Shown here: positions 17,778 through 27,764 of the stretch, piece after piece | How positions within the stretch are numbered: position 1 is the first letter of the stretch | How the letters are laid out: every line of letters begins with the position of its first letter | DNA from: Pyrinomonadaceae bacterium | GTDB lineage: Bacteria > Acidobacteriota > Blastocatellia > Pyrinomonadales > Pyrinomonadaceae | NCBI GenBank assembly: GCA_046313635.1 | Contig: JBKBYA010000002.1 | Location: 128,001 to 192,000, forward strand | Length of the DNA stretch: 64,000 nt | Reading direction: 5' to 3' | The notes under the pieces: generated by a model | The model's database searches: none | What the model was told of the DNA's origin: nothing | What the model saw: only the letters and a program-made list of their open reading frames with translations | Position numbers and translations under genes: made by a program

Positions 17778-18917
17778 ATGGCTGAACTGACGATCAGAAC
17801 TCGCGCCGAGGACGCCGGAGTCGTCGACATGGCCATTGACGGCAGCGTGATCGCCGAAGTCGCAGCACGTGAAAGGTCGGCTGCCGCCGAGCGTGTGATC
17901 GATGCACAGGCTTTCTCGGTCCTTCCCGGCTTTATCGACATTCATAACCACGGCGCGGTCGGCGTGGACGTCAACACGGCAGACGCTGAAGGTCTGCTGA
18001 GGATCTCACGATTCCTTGCCTCGCAGGGCGTCACGGCGTGGCTGCCGACGCTTGTGCCGGATGCCGACGTGGTTTACGAGCGCGTCGTCGCGGCGATCGA
18101 CGAAGTGATGGAGCGGCAGGATGATCTGCCTGTCGCGCAGATCGTCGGCGTGCATTACGAGGGCGTCTTTGCCAACGAAAAGATGTGCGGGGCTCTGCGG
18201 CCGCAGTTCTTCAAGAGATTTACGGGCGGGGAGGTCGCCGGGCTGCCGCGGCCGAGATCGGGCGTTCGTATGACGACATTCGCACCCGAGATCGATAGCG
18301 GCGTCGAGCTCGTGAGGGAACTTGTGCGCGAGGGCTGGATCGCCTCGATCGGCCATACGCATGCCGACGTCGCGACGCTCGAGGCGGCGTTTGAAGCAGG
18401 TGCCCGCCACCTGACGCATTTCTTTAACGCGATGACCGGTATTCATCATCGCGACGTCGGCGTCGCGGGCTGGGGACTGACGCGGCCGGGCGTGACCTTT
18501 GACATCATCGCGGACGGCGTTCATGTCGATATGAGGATGGTCGAATTCGCCTGCCGCACACGCGGCGTCGAGAGTGTCTCTTTGATCAGCGACTCGGTCG
18601 CGCCGACAGGTTTGGGCGACGGCGAATTTGAATTGTGGGGCGAGAGGCTCTCGGTCGTCCGCGGCCGCACGCGCAACGAGCGCGGCAGCATTGCCGGCTC
18701 GGTCGCGACGATGCTCGACTGCGTTGCGAATATGATGAAGCTCGGCTTCTCAGGCGAGGAGATCGCCGCGATGGCGTCGGCAAATCCCGCACGCCTGCTC
18801 GGCGTCGACGACTCGCGCGGCACGATCGAGCCGGACAAGCGGGCCGATCTCGTCGCGATCGATCGAGACGGCAATATCGCATGGACGATGATCGGCGGGC
18901 GTCTGGTCGGAGAGTGA
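17778..18917 (+). CDS. nagA: N-acetylglucosamine-6-phosphate deacetylase
   Basis: PGFIDIHNHG, HYEG, TFAPE, GHTHA, THFFNAM, IADGVHV, ISD, IAGS, NPA. Start ATG 17778. Confidence 0.93.
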   Translation: MAELTIRTRAEDAGVVDMAIDGSVIAEVAARERSAAAERVIDAQAFSVLPGFIDIHNHGAVGVDVNTADAEGLLRISRFLASQGVTAWLPTLVPDADVVYERVVAAIDEVMERQDDLPVAQIVGVHYEGVFANEKMCGALRPQFFKRFTGGEVAGLPRPRSGVRMTTFAPEIDSGVELVRELVREGWIASIGHTHADVATLEAAFEAGARHLTHFFNAMTGIHHRDVGVAGWGLTRPGVTFDIIADGVHVDMRMVEFACRTRGVESVSLISDSVAPTGLGDGEFELWGERLSVVRGRTRNERGSIAGSVATMLDCVANMMKLGFSGEEIAAMASANPARLLGVDDSRGTIEPDKRADLVAIDRDGNIAWTMIGGRLVGE

Positions 18918-18920
18918 GTA

Positions 18921-19016
18921 TTTTGCCGCGGATCTCGCGAATGGCGCGGATCAGAAGATATGAATTCCTGCTCCCGCGTTGCCTGATCCGCATCATCCGC
19001 GCCATCCGCGGCAAAA
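18921..19016. repeat. Inverted pair of 9-bp-period repeats
   Basis: 34-bp arms 18921-18954 and 18983-19016 are complementary at 29/34; GCGGAT recurs every 9 bp. Confidence 0.8.
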
Positions 19017-19056
19017 GACCCCTTTCGTATCTGAGCTCCACCATGCTCGCAGTTCT

Positions 19057-19071
19057 GTAAAGAATTGTAAG
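19057..19071 (+). promoter_or_regulatory. CpxR-type direct-repeat box
   Basis: GTAAA-gaatt-GTAAG, 45 bp upstream of the response regulator start. Confidence 0.5.
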
Positions 19072-19116
19072 CCCCGATATTTGCCCGCGATTTTGACGTA
19101 AAATCAATTTTCGCGA

Positions 19117-19809
19117 ATGGACCGCATCCTCATCATCGACGACGACGAAGAGCTCTGCGAGCTCGTCTCGGAATATCTCGGGGCCGAGGGCTTTGCGGTG
19201 ACCGCCGTTCACAACGGCGAGGCCGGCCTCGAGAGCGCGGCGACCGGTTTGTACGACATCGCCATCCTCGACGTGATGCTGCCGCGAATGAACGGCTTTG
19301 AAGTGCTGCGGCGGCTGCGCGAGTCGTCAAAGCTGCCGGTGCTGATGCTGACGGCGCGCGGCGACGACAACGAGCGCATCGTCGGGCTCGAGACGGGTGC
19401 CGACGATTATCTGCCCAAGCCCTTCAACCCGCGCGAGCTGCTCGCGCGGATCCGAGCGATCCTGCGGCGGACCAATGTGTCCGAGCACGATCCAGCGCTT
19501 CCCGAAAGGCTCCAGATCGACGACCTCGAACTGTCTCTAACCTCGCGGACGGCACGTTTGGCGGGGGCAGAGGTGGCGCTGACCTCGGTCGAGTTTGAGC
19601 TGCTCGCGGCGCTCGCGCGCGAGGCCGGCCGCGTCGTCCGCAAAGAGGATCTCAGCGAGCGCGTGCTCGAGCGAAAGCTCTCGCCATACGACCGCAGCCT
19701 CGATATGCACATCTCGAATCTTCGCAAAAAGCTCGGCACACGCGAGCGCGACGGCAGCGAGCGGATCAAGACCATCCGCTCGGTCGGCTACATTTACACA
19801 CTCGAATGA
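19117..19809 (+). CDS. OmpR-family response regulator (CpxR-like)
   Basis: IIDDD, LDVMLP, GADDYLPKPF, DRSLDMHISNLRKKL, IKTIRSVGY. Confidence 0.93.
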   Translation: MDRILIIDDDEELCELVSEYLGAEGFAVTAVHNGEAGLESAATGLYDIAILDVMLPRMNGFEVLRRLRESSKLPVLMLTARGDDNERIVGLETGADDYLPKPFNPRELLARIRAILRRTNVSEHDPALPERLQIDDLELSLTSRTARLAGAEVALTSVEFELLAALAREAGRVVRKEDLSERVLERKLSPYDRSLDMHISNLRKKLGTRERDGSERIKTIRSVGYIYTLE

Positions 19810-21182
19810 AGCTTTTCTTAAAGATCTTTTTATGGTTTCTCGCGGCGATCGCGCTGACGGTCGTCGTGCTGACCTTTGTGACGCGCACGCTGCAGACCGA
19901 GCCGCTGCTGACCCGCTGGCAGCGCTCGACCCTTTCGCAGCTCGCCTTTTACGGCGCGACGGCGTCGCAGGTGCTCGACAACGAGGGCGAGGACGGGCTG
20001 CGGATCTATCTCGATCGTTTGAAGAACGTCGGCTGGATCAGGGGGCTCGAGCTGATCGACCACGACGGCCGCGTGCTGTACGCCGATGCTGACATCGAGC
20101 AGTTCAGCAAGCCCGAAGCGAGGACCGCCATCGAGCGGGCGAGCTTGAGCGGATCGGCCGAGCTTGAGGTCTCGAGCGAGGCCGCCTTTGGTGCGGTGCC
20201 GGTGCCGGCGGCAAGCGGCGCGCGATATGTGCTCGTCGTCGGGTGGGACGCCCCGCGGACGCCGTCGATGTTCCCGGCTTCGTGGATCGGCTACGGCAGG
20301 CTCGTCGGATTTTTGTTGACCGCTTTTTTGGTCTGCTTTGCGCTGGCGCGTTACCTGTCGTCGCCGATCGCCAAGCTGAGAAGCGCGACCCAAAGGCTGG
20401 CGGCCGGCGATCTGCAGACACGCGTCGCCGACAAGGTCGGACGCCGCCGCGACGAGCTTGCCGATCTCGCCCGAGATTTTGACGTGATGGCCTCACGCAT
20501 CGAGGCACTGGTGACGTCGCAGCAGCGCCTGACGCGCGACGTCTCGCACGAGCTGCGTTCGCCGCTCGCGAGGATGAACGTCGCGCTCGAGCTCGCCAAG
20601 CAAAAGGCCGCGCCCGACTCGCAGGCGCTGCTCGCGCGCATCGAGAATGAATCTCTGCGGCTTAACGAGATGATCTCGCGCATACTGACCCTCTCAAAGC
20701 TCGAGAGCGGCAGCGACGACTTTGAACGCACGCGTGTGAATTTGACCGAGGTCGTTCGAGACGTCGCCGAGGACGCGGATTTCGAGGCCCGCGCGCGAGG
20801 ACGCTCGGTCCGCGTCATCGAGGCGGATGAGTGCCGCGTCGTCGGCAGCGAGCCCCTGCTGCGCAGCGCTCTCGACAACGTGCTTCGCAACGCCGTCCGC
20901 TACACGGCGGAGGGAACGGCGGTCGACGTCGCCGTCAGGTCAAAAGGCGGGCGTGCCGTGGTCACGATCACCGATCACGGCGGCGGCGTGCCCGAGGGCG
21001 AACTCAAAAATCTCTTTACGCCCTTTTACCGCGTCGGCGAGGCCCGCGAGCGCTCGACCGGCGGCATCGGCCTCGGCCTCGCGATCGCCCAGCAGGCCGT
21101 CAAGGCGCACAAGGGGACGATCGCGGCGGCGAACCGAAACGGCGGCCTCGAGGTCGAGATCGTGCTCAATTGCGAAACGTAG
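19806..21182 (+). CDS. Sensor histidine kinase (CpxA-like)
   Basis: Two TM segments, HAMP, DVSHELRSPLAR H-box, NVLRNAVRY, DHGGG, GGIGLGLAI; ATGA overlap with the regulator. Confidence 0.93.
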   Translation: MKLFLKIFLWFLAAIALTVVVLTFVTRTLQTEPLLTRWQRSTLSQLAFYGATASQVLDNEGEDGLRIYLDRLKNVGWIRGLELIDHDGRVLYADADIEQFSKPEARTAIERASLSGSAELEVSSEAAFGAVPVPAASGARYVLVVGWDAPRTPSMFPASWIGYGRLVGFLLTAFLVCFALARYLSSPIAKLRSATQRLAAGDLQTRVADKVGRRRDELADLARDFDVMASRIEALVTSQQRLTRDVSHELRSPLARMNVALELAKQKAAPDSQALLARIENESLRLNEMISRILTLSKLESGSDDFERTRVNLTEVVRDVAEDADFEARARGRSVRVIEADECRVVGSEPLLRSALDNVLRNAVRYTAEGTAVDVAVRSKGGRAVVTITDHGGGVPEGELKNLFTPFYRVGEARERSTGGIGLGLAIAQQAVKAHKGTIAAANRNGGLEVEIVLNCET

Positions 21183-21263
21183 CGGAACCCGCGCAATAAG
21201 AAGGACGCGCCGCCCGCCCGGAGATTCTCCCGAGCGAGCGGCGCGTTCGCTATCTAGAAGCGG

Positions 21264-21632
21264 TCAGATCTGCCGGCTCCGTCTTGCGTCGGCAAACGAC
21301 TTGACCGCCAATATCACAAAGACAAGGCAGATCGCCGCCATCGCGAGCTGCGAGAGCACCGCCGGGGTCATCGATATCTCGCCGAGCTTCATCACGAGCC
21401 GGCCGGCCGTGAGAATAAAGCCGATCAGAGCGACCGCGGCGGCGGCGTGCATCAGGTGCTTTCGCAGGCCCTCGTTGCCGCGCGACATCGCGCCGAGCAG
21501 AGCGAGCACGAGACCAAAGACTGCCGGGATCAGCGCCGTGATGCTGGCGCTGCCGGTCGAAACGCCGTATGCGTAGCCGGCGACGCCGACGACGATGAGC
21601 AGTATTCCGCAGAGGATAGAAGTATTGGGCAT
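21264..21632 (-). CDS. Small four-TM membrane protein (TMEM14-like)
   Basis: Four hydrophobic helices; SITALIPA..G, RKHLMH, SFADARR. Confidence 0.75.
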   Translation of the reverse strand: MPNTSILCGILLIVVGVAGYAYGVSTGSASITALIPAVFGLVLALLGAMSRGNEGLRKHLMHAAAAVALIGFILTAGRLVMKLGEISMTPAVLSQLAMAAICLVFVILAVKSFADARRSRQI

Positions 21633-21656
21633 GGCTAAAAATACAGGGTCCGGCGA

Positions 21657-22790
21657 CTAAGGCTTCATCGCCAGGATCTTTGTTTGCAGTTTACCTGCAA
21701 GATCCGGATCGAGCACGTCGAGCTTTATCTTTTGCTGCTCGGCGAGGGCCCGGTTCTTTTGATTCACGTAAACGAGACCGATGCCGTAGATCGCGTCGGC
21801 GTCTTTTGCATTTAGGGCGAGCGCCGCCTTGAAGGTGCGAAGCGCGAGGTCGTACTGCCCCGAGTTGAGATAAGCGTCGCCGAGATAGATCTGAGCCGTC
21901 TCCCATTTAGGATCGAGCTCGGCGGCCCGCTTGTAAGGCTCGACCGACTCGGCGTATTTCCCGTCGTTGTAAAACGAATTTCCCAATCCGAGATACGGCG
22001 TCGCCCATTGCGGGTCGAGCCGGATCGCCTCGTTGAAGGCAGCCTTTGCCTCGGTAAAAAGTTTGCCGGCGTTGTAGGCGTTGCCGAGCTCGTTGTACGC
22101 GTCGGCGAAGTCGGGCTTTAGCTGCACGGCCTGCTTGAGCAGATTGATCGCATCGGCACTTCGCTTGTCGCTGCGATAGATCTTGGCGAGCTGGTAATGT
22201 GCGCGGCCGGTCCGGCTGCCCTGCGCAATTGCGCGCTCAAAGGCCGATCTCGCATCGGCCGTCCGCTTGAGCTCGATGTAATCCATTCCGAGCCAGTAGT
22301 TGGCATCGGGCTGCTGCGGGTTTATGGCGAGCGAACGCTCGTATGCCTGGGCCGACGCGATGTAATTCTTTTGCCGGTTGTGAGCGATGGCGAGCTCGTA
22401 GTAGGCCTGGGCGTTCTGCGGATTTATCTCGGTCGCCTTGATATACGCGGCGATGGCCTCGTTGTAGCTGCCGAGATCGTCCAGCGCGTTGCCGAGCTGT
22501 ACGTACGCCTTGTCGTAGTCGGGCTTGATGCGGACGGCCTCGCGAAACGAAGTTACGGCCTCGGAGTACCGCTTGAGCCGGTACAACGCGAGACCGATAT
22601 TGAAGTGGGCCGCAGAATCGTTCGGATAGCTCCCGAGGTACTGCCGAAACGAAGCGATCGACGCCTCGTACTGGCCGGCACCGAACTGCGAAAGTCCGCG
22701 TTTGAAGGCTTCGTCAGGCGTCTGGGCGAACGCGACGGCCGCGAGCAGGGCGACCGTGAGCGCGATCGCCGAAATTCTCGTACTCTTCAT
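21657..22790 (-). CDS. Secreted tetratricopeptide-repeat protein
   Basis: Signal peptide followed by about ten 34-aa TPR units. Confidence 0.9.
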   Translation of the reverse strand: MKSTRISAIALTVALLAAVAFAQTPDEAFKRGLSQFGAGQYEASIASFRQYLGSYPNDSAAHFNIGLALYRLKRYSEAVTSFREAVRIKPDYDKAYVQLGNALDDLGSYNEAIAAYIKATEINPQNAQAYYELAIAHNRQKNYIASAQAYERSLAINPQQPDANYWLGMDYIELKRTADARSAFERAIAQGSRTGRAHYQLAKIYRSDKRSADAINLLKQAVQLKPDFADAYNELGNAYNAGKLFTEAKAAFNEAIRLDPQWATPYLGLGNSFYNDGKYAESVEPYKRAAELDPKWETAQIYLGDAYLNSGQYDLALRTFKAALALNAKDADAIYGIGLVYVNQKNRALAEQQKIKLDVLDPDLAGKLQTKILAMKP

Positions 22791-24757
22791 TTGCTCCTCC
22801 AGGCGGTGCGAGTCGCCGCAACGTCATTTTTTTGGATGGGAAGGGTGATCGCCGAAGCGTTTCGCCCGCCATAATACACTCGGTTGGTCGCTTTTTGAAA
22901 ATCCTTCGCGGTCGCAAGCTTGTAATTTGCCATGAACTTCTGCGGGTTGCGCGCGACGAGCGGGAACCACGTGCTCTGGATCTGCACCATTATGCGGTGG
23001 CCCTTTTTGAAGGTATGCGTCACGCCGGGCATCACGAAGGAGAGCCGGGTCGCGGCATTTGGCACGAGAGGCTTCTGCGTCGTAAAGCCGTCGCGGAATC
23101 TCGCCGGCATCGGCTCGCCGCGCAGCAGCATCTGGTAGCCGCCGGGCTGAAAGACCGACCAGGCCGAGGTCTCCGGCGGCCGCACGCCCTCGGGATAGCG
23201 GTAGTCGTCGGGGAAAACGTCGATCAGCTTGACGACAAAGTCCGAGTCGGTGCCGCTCGACGACACGAAGAGCGACGGCTTGATGTCGCCCGCGACGGTC
23301 ACGTCCTCGCGGAGCGGATCGGTCTGATAAACCAGGACGTCGGGCCGCGTCGAAGCGAACCGCTGATCCTCGGTCATAAAGTCGCGCGGGTAGTTGAATG
23401 TGATCTTTTGCGTGTAGGGCACCGGATTCCACGGGTCCGAGACGTACTCGTCGTACCTGGTCGGCCCTGCCGGCGGCGTCCAAGAGAGCATTCCGCCGGC
23501 GGTCAGATAAAGCGAGCGCTCGACACTGCCGTTCGGCTCGTACGCGTCGAAGTGGCGCCACTTGTGCTCGCCCGTGTCAAAGAGATTTACCTCTTTGATG
23601 TCGTCGATATCGCCCTTGTCCTTGAGGAAGTGTTCAAAAAAGGCGAGCTCAATATTTTGACGGTAATACTCGCCGGTCTTTTCCCCGAAGTAGGCCGTGC
23701 CGAGCCAGTCGCCCGCCGCTCGCGACCAGCCGCCGTGGTCCCACGGGCCGACGACGAGCACGTTGAATATCCCGGGATTCTGCCGCTCGATGTGCTGGTA
23801 TGTGCGGAGCGCGCCGTAGAGGTCCTCGTTGTCGTACCAGCCGCCGACGGTCATCGTCGCGCATTTGATGTTCTTGAGCTTGGGCAGGATATTGCGGGCC
23901 TCCCAGAACGAATCGTACGTAGGATGCTGCATCATCTCATCCCAAAATTTGATCCGCGTTCCGAGTCCCTGCTGGTAGAGGTCCGAGACCTCCTTTAATC
24001 CGCCTGCAGTGAGAAAGAAGTCGTAGCCGTCGGCCGTCTGCCGGCCTTTCCAAGGCCTGACGTGCTCGCCCTGGCTCGTCGGCTTTGGACGGTACTGCCC
24101 GAAAAAGCGAAAGAACGACCAGTTCTGCGCGAGAAACAGCGCTCCGTTATGGTGCATATCGTCGCCGTGAAACCAGTCGGACACCGGAGCCTGCGGCGAG
24201 CATGCCTTCAAAGCCGGATGCGAGTCGATCGAGCCTGCCGAGGTGTAAAAGCCGGGATACGAGATGCCGTACGTGCCGACTCGGCCGTTGTTGTTCGGCA
24301 CGTTCTTGACGAGCCAGTCGATCGTGTCGTACGTGTCGGTCGACTCGTCGATGTCGGTCGGCTTGTCATTGGCGATGTCGGGCCGCACGTCCATAAACTC
24401 GCCCTCGCTCATCGTTTTACCGCGCACGTCCTGATACGCGAAGATGTAGCCCTCGCGGGCAAACAATCCGCTCGGACCGAGGCTCGTCCTGAATTTGTCC
24501 TCGCCGTACGGGGCGACCGTGTACGGCGTGCGGTTGAGCAGGATCGGGTACTTCTTTGACTGGTCTCTTGGACTGTAGATCGCGGTAAAGAGCCTGACGC
24601 CGTCGCGCATCGGGATCATCACCTCGCGCTTGGTGTAGTTGGCCCTGATGTACTCGGCGAGCTCGTTCTGAGCTGCCGCCGGCTGCTGTGCAAACGACGC
24701 CCATGACGCCGCGAGTAAAAGTACGACCGACAAAAAAAGTATCCGGTTCTTGCGCAT
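22787..24757 (-). CDS. Secreted CocE/NonD-family hydrolase (amino-acid ester hydrolase / acylase-like)
   Basis: IPMRDGVRL, RTPY, QDVRG, GISYPG nucleophile, GGWYD, GPWDHG. Start ATG 24757 gives a signal peptide. Confidence 0.9.
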   Translation of the reverse strand: MRKNRILFLSVVLLLAASWASFAQQPAAAQNELAEYIRANYTKREVMIPMRDGVRLFTAIYSPRDQSKKYPILLNRTPYTVAPYGEDKFRTSLGPSGLFAREGYIFAYQDVRGKTMSEGEFMDVRPDIANDKPTDIDESTDTYDTIDWLVKNVPNNNGRVGTYGISYPGFYTSAGSIDSHPALKACSPQAPVSDWFHGDDMHHNGALFLAQNWSFFRFFGQYRPKPTSQGEHVRPWKGRQTADGYDFFLTAGGLKEVSDLYQQGLGTRIKFWDEMMQHPTYDSFWEARNILPKLKNIKCATMTVGGWYDNEDLYGALRTYQHIERQNPGIFNVLVVGPWDHGGWSRAAGDWLGTAYFGEKTGEYYRQNIELAFFEHFLKDKGDIDDIKEVNLFDTGEHKWRHFDAYEPNGSVERSLYLTAGGMLSWTPPAGPTRYDEYVSDPWNPVPYTQKITFNYPRDFMTEDQRFASTRPDVLVYQTDPLREDVTVAGDIKPSLFVSSSGTDSDFVVKLIDVFPDDYRYPEGVRPPETSAWSVFQPGGYQMLLRGEPMPARFRDGFTTQKPLVPNAATRLSFVMPGVTHTFKKGHRIMVQIQSTWFPLVARNPQKFMANYKLATAKDFQKATNRVYYGGRNASAITLPIQKNDVAATRTAWRSK

Positions 24758-24844
24758 TGCTTGTCTCCCTATTTGGCCTTGAGGTTGAGGTAGAACAGGG
24801 AGATTCTCGCTCAATTCGCAGCGGGAGCAAAACCGCCGCGGGTC

Positions 24845-24950
24845 GAATGCGGCTCGCGGATCTCGGATCGCGGATCTCTCCAGGCAGAGACGCGTCTCAG
24901 ATGCTGAATGCAATGCGCGGGGTCGATTTCGCGGTCCGCGAACCGCGATC
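24845..24950. repeat. Opposed intergenic heptamer arrays (GATCGCG family)
   Basis: gaatgcg gctcgcg gatctcg gatcgcg gatctct (24845-24879); reverse-oriented tccgcga accgcga near 24928-24950. Confidence 0.6.
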
Positions 24951-24952
24951 GA

Positions 24953-27757
24953 TCAGATCGGTGTCTCTCGGTCGCGGTTCTGCCCGGAGCGCATTTCTTC
25001 GATCATCTCGGCGATGGCGGATTTGAGGTGTTCGGTGACGGCCGCGTAGGCGTCTTCGTCGTGGCCCGCGGCGACGTCTTTTGCGTAAAACGGCTTGCCG
25101 AATCGCAGCTTAACCTTTGCCGGTCGGATGCGCATCGAGCGTCGGGGCCAGACCTTGTAGAGGCCGTCGAGCGCGACGGGCAGGATGGGCAGATCGAGCT
25201 CGGTCGCGAGAATGGCGGCGCCTTTTTTGAAGTCGTGCAGGCGGCCGTCGTAGGCGCGTTCGCCCTCGGGATAGATGTTGAGGATCTTTCCGTTCTTGAG
25301 TCCCGCGGCTCCAGCCTTCATCGCCCGCATCAGCTGCGTTTCCTGGTCGATCGGCACGACGTGCAGCATCTTTGCCACCCAGCGCATGAAGCGGTTCTCA
25401 AAGAACATCGCCGCTCCGACGTGAAACGTATTGCTGAACTGCTCGTACCCGTAAGTCGAGCACACGACGAATGGGTCGAGGAAGCTCTGGTGATTCGGAC
25501 AAATGATGAACGGCCGCTTGAGGGACTTGAGCTCGTCGAGACCCCGCACCTCGAGCCGCGTGAAGGCAAGGAAGAACAGATAAAAAAGCTTGTAGACCGC
25601 GAACGCGAACGGCGTGAAAAAGATCCGCTTTTTCAAGATCGGCCTAATGTCGTCGACGTCGGCCGGCGTCTGGCGTACGATCGCGGGCCACATGGCGGCT
25701 AGGGATGAGGGATGGGCGGCGAGGGATGAGTGATGAGGGATGAGGGATGAGGTCGACCGCGCGTCGCCGGTCGGTGCGTCGGCCGAATGAGCGTTGACCA
25801 GCTTGATCACCTCGCGGACGGTGAGAGCTTGCGCGGCCTCGTCGCCGTTGAACTCGGTCGCGAGCGAATGCTCGAGCGCGGCAAACGTCTCGGCTCGCGC
25901 GAGCGAGTCGAGACCGAGATCGATCTCGAGATTCATATCCGGATGGATGACGTCGACGTCCTTCGCGTTCTGCCTGACGGCGGCCGCCACCATCGCTCCG
26001 GCGGGCGATGCGAGCAGCTCGCTGTCGGCGGTCGAGAATTGCCACTCCTTAGGCTCGCGGCCGCCGCCGTTTGCCATCGCTCCGCTCTCGACCTGCTTCT
26101 TTAGCTCAAATCGCTTGACCTTGCGCGTCGCCGTTCGCGGCAGCGGCTCGGCGCGGATGATGTAGTCGCGGACGCGCTGGTACTCGGGCAGCTCGCGGCC
26201 GAGATTGTCGAGCGCGTAGCGGATCGCCTCTCGTGAATTGGCGATCTTCTCGTTGCGGAGATATTCAAAATCCGGCACGACCACGGCGGCCAATTTTTCG
26301 GCCCCGGCGCGCTGCTCGCTAGCGTCGCTGATGCCGATGATCGCCATCTCCTCGACGAGCGGCGTTTTGAGATAGTGGGCCTCGAGGTCCTCGGGATGGA
26401 CGTTCTTGCCCGACGGCAGCACGATGACGTCCTTGGCGCGGCCGACGATGTAGAGATGGCCGTCGCGATCAAACCTGCCGAGATCGCCTGAGCGAAACCA
26501 ACCGTCCTCGGTAAAGGCCTCGGCCGTCGCCTGCGGATTTTTGTAATAACCGCCAAAGACCACGCCGCCGCGAATGAGCACCTCGCCGACGCCGTCTTTG
26601 TCGGGGTGGTCGATCTTGACCTCTGTGCCCCGCATCGGCTTGCCGACCGAACCGACGCGGTTGTCGTCGACAAACGTCGCCGTCGCAGCACCGCTCGTCT
26701 CGGTGAGGCCGTAGCCCTGCAGGATCGTGAATCCGAGCTTGTGAAAGTCCTTTGCCGCGTCCTCGTCAAAACGCGAGCCGCCCGAGATCGCGAGCCGCAG
26801 CCGGCCGCCGAAAGACTCGTGCACCTGCGAAAACAATTTCGGTCCGAGATTGACGCCGATCGTGTCACGCAGCGCGCCGTTTGCCGCGAGCATCGCGCGA
26901 AAGAGCGTCTGCACCGCTCTAGGCTTTGCGGCAACGGCGTCAAAGATCTTTTTGTGAAACAGGTACCAGAGCCGCGGCACGGTCGTGAGGATCGTCGGCT
27001 TGAATTCGCGCATCGCGCTCGAGAGCTCGGCGGGCGAGAGTTCTTTGAGATAGCCGACCTCGCAGCCGTACGTCGTCGCGACCCACAGATTGACGATCTG
27101 CAGATAGGCGTGAAAGAGCGGGAGCAGGCTGAGGATCTTTTCTTTGTCGGTCAGCTCGAGCACGTCGTTGATGCCGTCGAGCTCGGCGACGATGTTGCCG
27201 TGCGTCAAAGGAACGCCCTTCGGGGTGCCGGTCGTCCCGCTCGTGTAGATCAAGAGCGCAACGTCGCCGCCCGCGGCCCGCGGACGCTCGGCCGCAAACT
27301 CGGCAGGAAAGTCCGACGAAGCCCAGTCCGCAAAGTCGGCACCGCCCGCTGACGTCCACACGACGGTCTTCACGTGCCGCCCGGTTCGCTGCTGGATCTG
27401 TGCGACCTTGTCGGCAACCTCGGCGCCGACGAACGCCAGCTTCGCTTCAGAATTCTCAAAAAAGTTGGCGAGCGTCTCGATCTCGCCGTGCGGGTCGAGC
27501 GGCACGCAGACCGCACCGTGATAGAGCGTTGCGAGATACGCGACGGCCCAGCTCGGGTGATTTTCGCCGATGACGACGACGCGGTCGCCGAAGGCGATAT
27601 TCTCGCGCCGCAGATTGTATGCGACGGAGCGTATCTGCCGGAGCATCTCGCCAAAGGTATAGACCTGAGAGTCGTCGCCGACGACGCGCATCGCGATCTT
27701 TTCGCTGCGCTGCTCGCATGATCTGACAACTCTTTCGAGATATGAGCCTGACGTCAT
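24953..27757 (-). CDS. Tri-domain AMP-dependent acyl ligase + acyl carrier + PlsC-type acyltransferase
   Basis: YTSGTTGTPKG, GYGLTET, GWFRSGDLG; DLGLDSL phosphopantetheine site; NHQSFLD and YPEG acyltransferase motifs. Confidence 0.9.
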   Translation of the reverse strand: MTSGSYLERVVRSCEQRSEKIAMRVVGDDSQVYTFGEMLRQIRSVAYNLRRENIAFGDRVVVIGENHPSWAVAYLATLYHGAVCVPLDPHGEIETLANFFENSEAKLAFVGAEVADKVAQIQQRTGRHVKTVVWTSAGGADFADWASSDFPAEFAAERPRAAGGDVALLIYTSGTTGTPKGVPLTHGNIVAELDGINDVLELTDKEKILSLLPLFHAYLQIVNLWVATTYGCEVGYLKELSPAELSSAMREFKPTILTTVPRLWYLFHKKIFDAVAAKPRAVQTLFRAMLAANGALRDTIGVNLGPKLFSQVHESFGGRLRLAISGGSRFDEDAAKDFHKLGFTILQGYGLTETSGAATATFVDDNRVGSVGKPMRGTEVKIDHPDKDGVGEVLIRGGVVFGGYYKNPQATAEAFTEDGWFRSGDLGRFDRDGHLYIVGRAKDVIVLPSGKNVHPEDLEAHYLKTPLVEEMAIIGISDASEQRAGAEKLAAVVVPDFEYLRNEKIANSREAIRYALDNLGRELPEYQRVRDYIIRAEPLPRTATRKVKRFELKKQVESGAMANGGGREPKEWQFSTADSELLASPAGAMVAAAVRQNAKDVDVIHPDMNLEIDLGLDSLARAETFAALEHSLATEFNGDEAAQALTVREVIKLVNAHSADAPTGDARSTSSLIPHHSSLAAHPSSLAAMWPAIVRQTPADVDDIRPILKKRIFFTPFAFAVYKLFYLFFLAFTRLEVRGLDELKSLKRPFIICPNHQSFLDPFVVCSTYGYEQFSNTFHVGAAMFFENRFMRWVAKMLHVVPIDQETQLMRAMKAGAAGLKNGKILNIYPEGERAYDGRLHDFKKGAAILATELDLPILPVALDGLYKVWPRRSMRIRPAKVKLRFGKPFYAKDVAAGHDEDAYAAVTEHLKSAIAEMIEEMRSGQNRDRETPI
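25701..25749. repeat. Intragenic heptamer array (7 units, AGGGATG) in the ACP-acyltransferase linker
   Basis: agggatg x2, ggcggcg, agggatg, agtgatg, agggatg x2; minus strand encodes SSLIPHHSSLAAHPSSL. Confidence 0.85.
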
Positions 27758-27764
27758 AGCCGGA

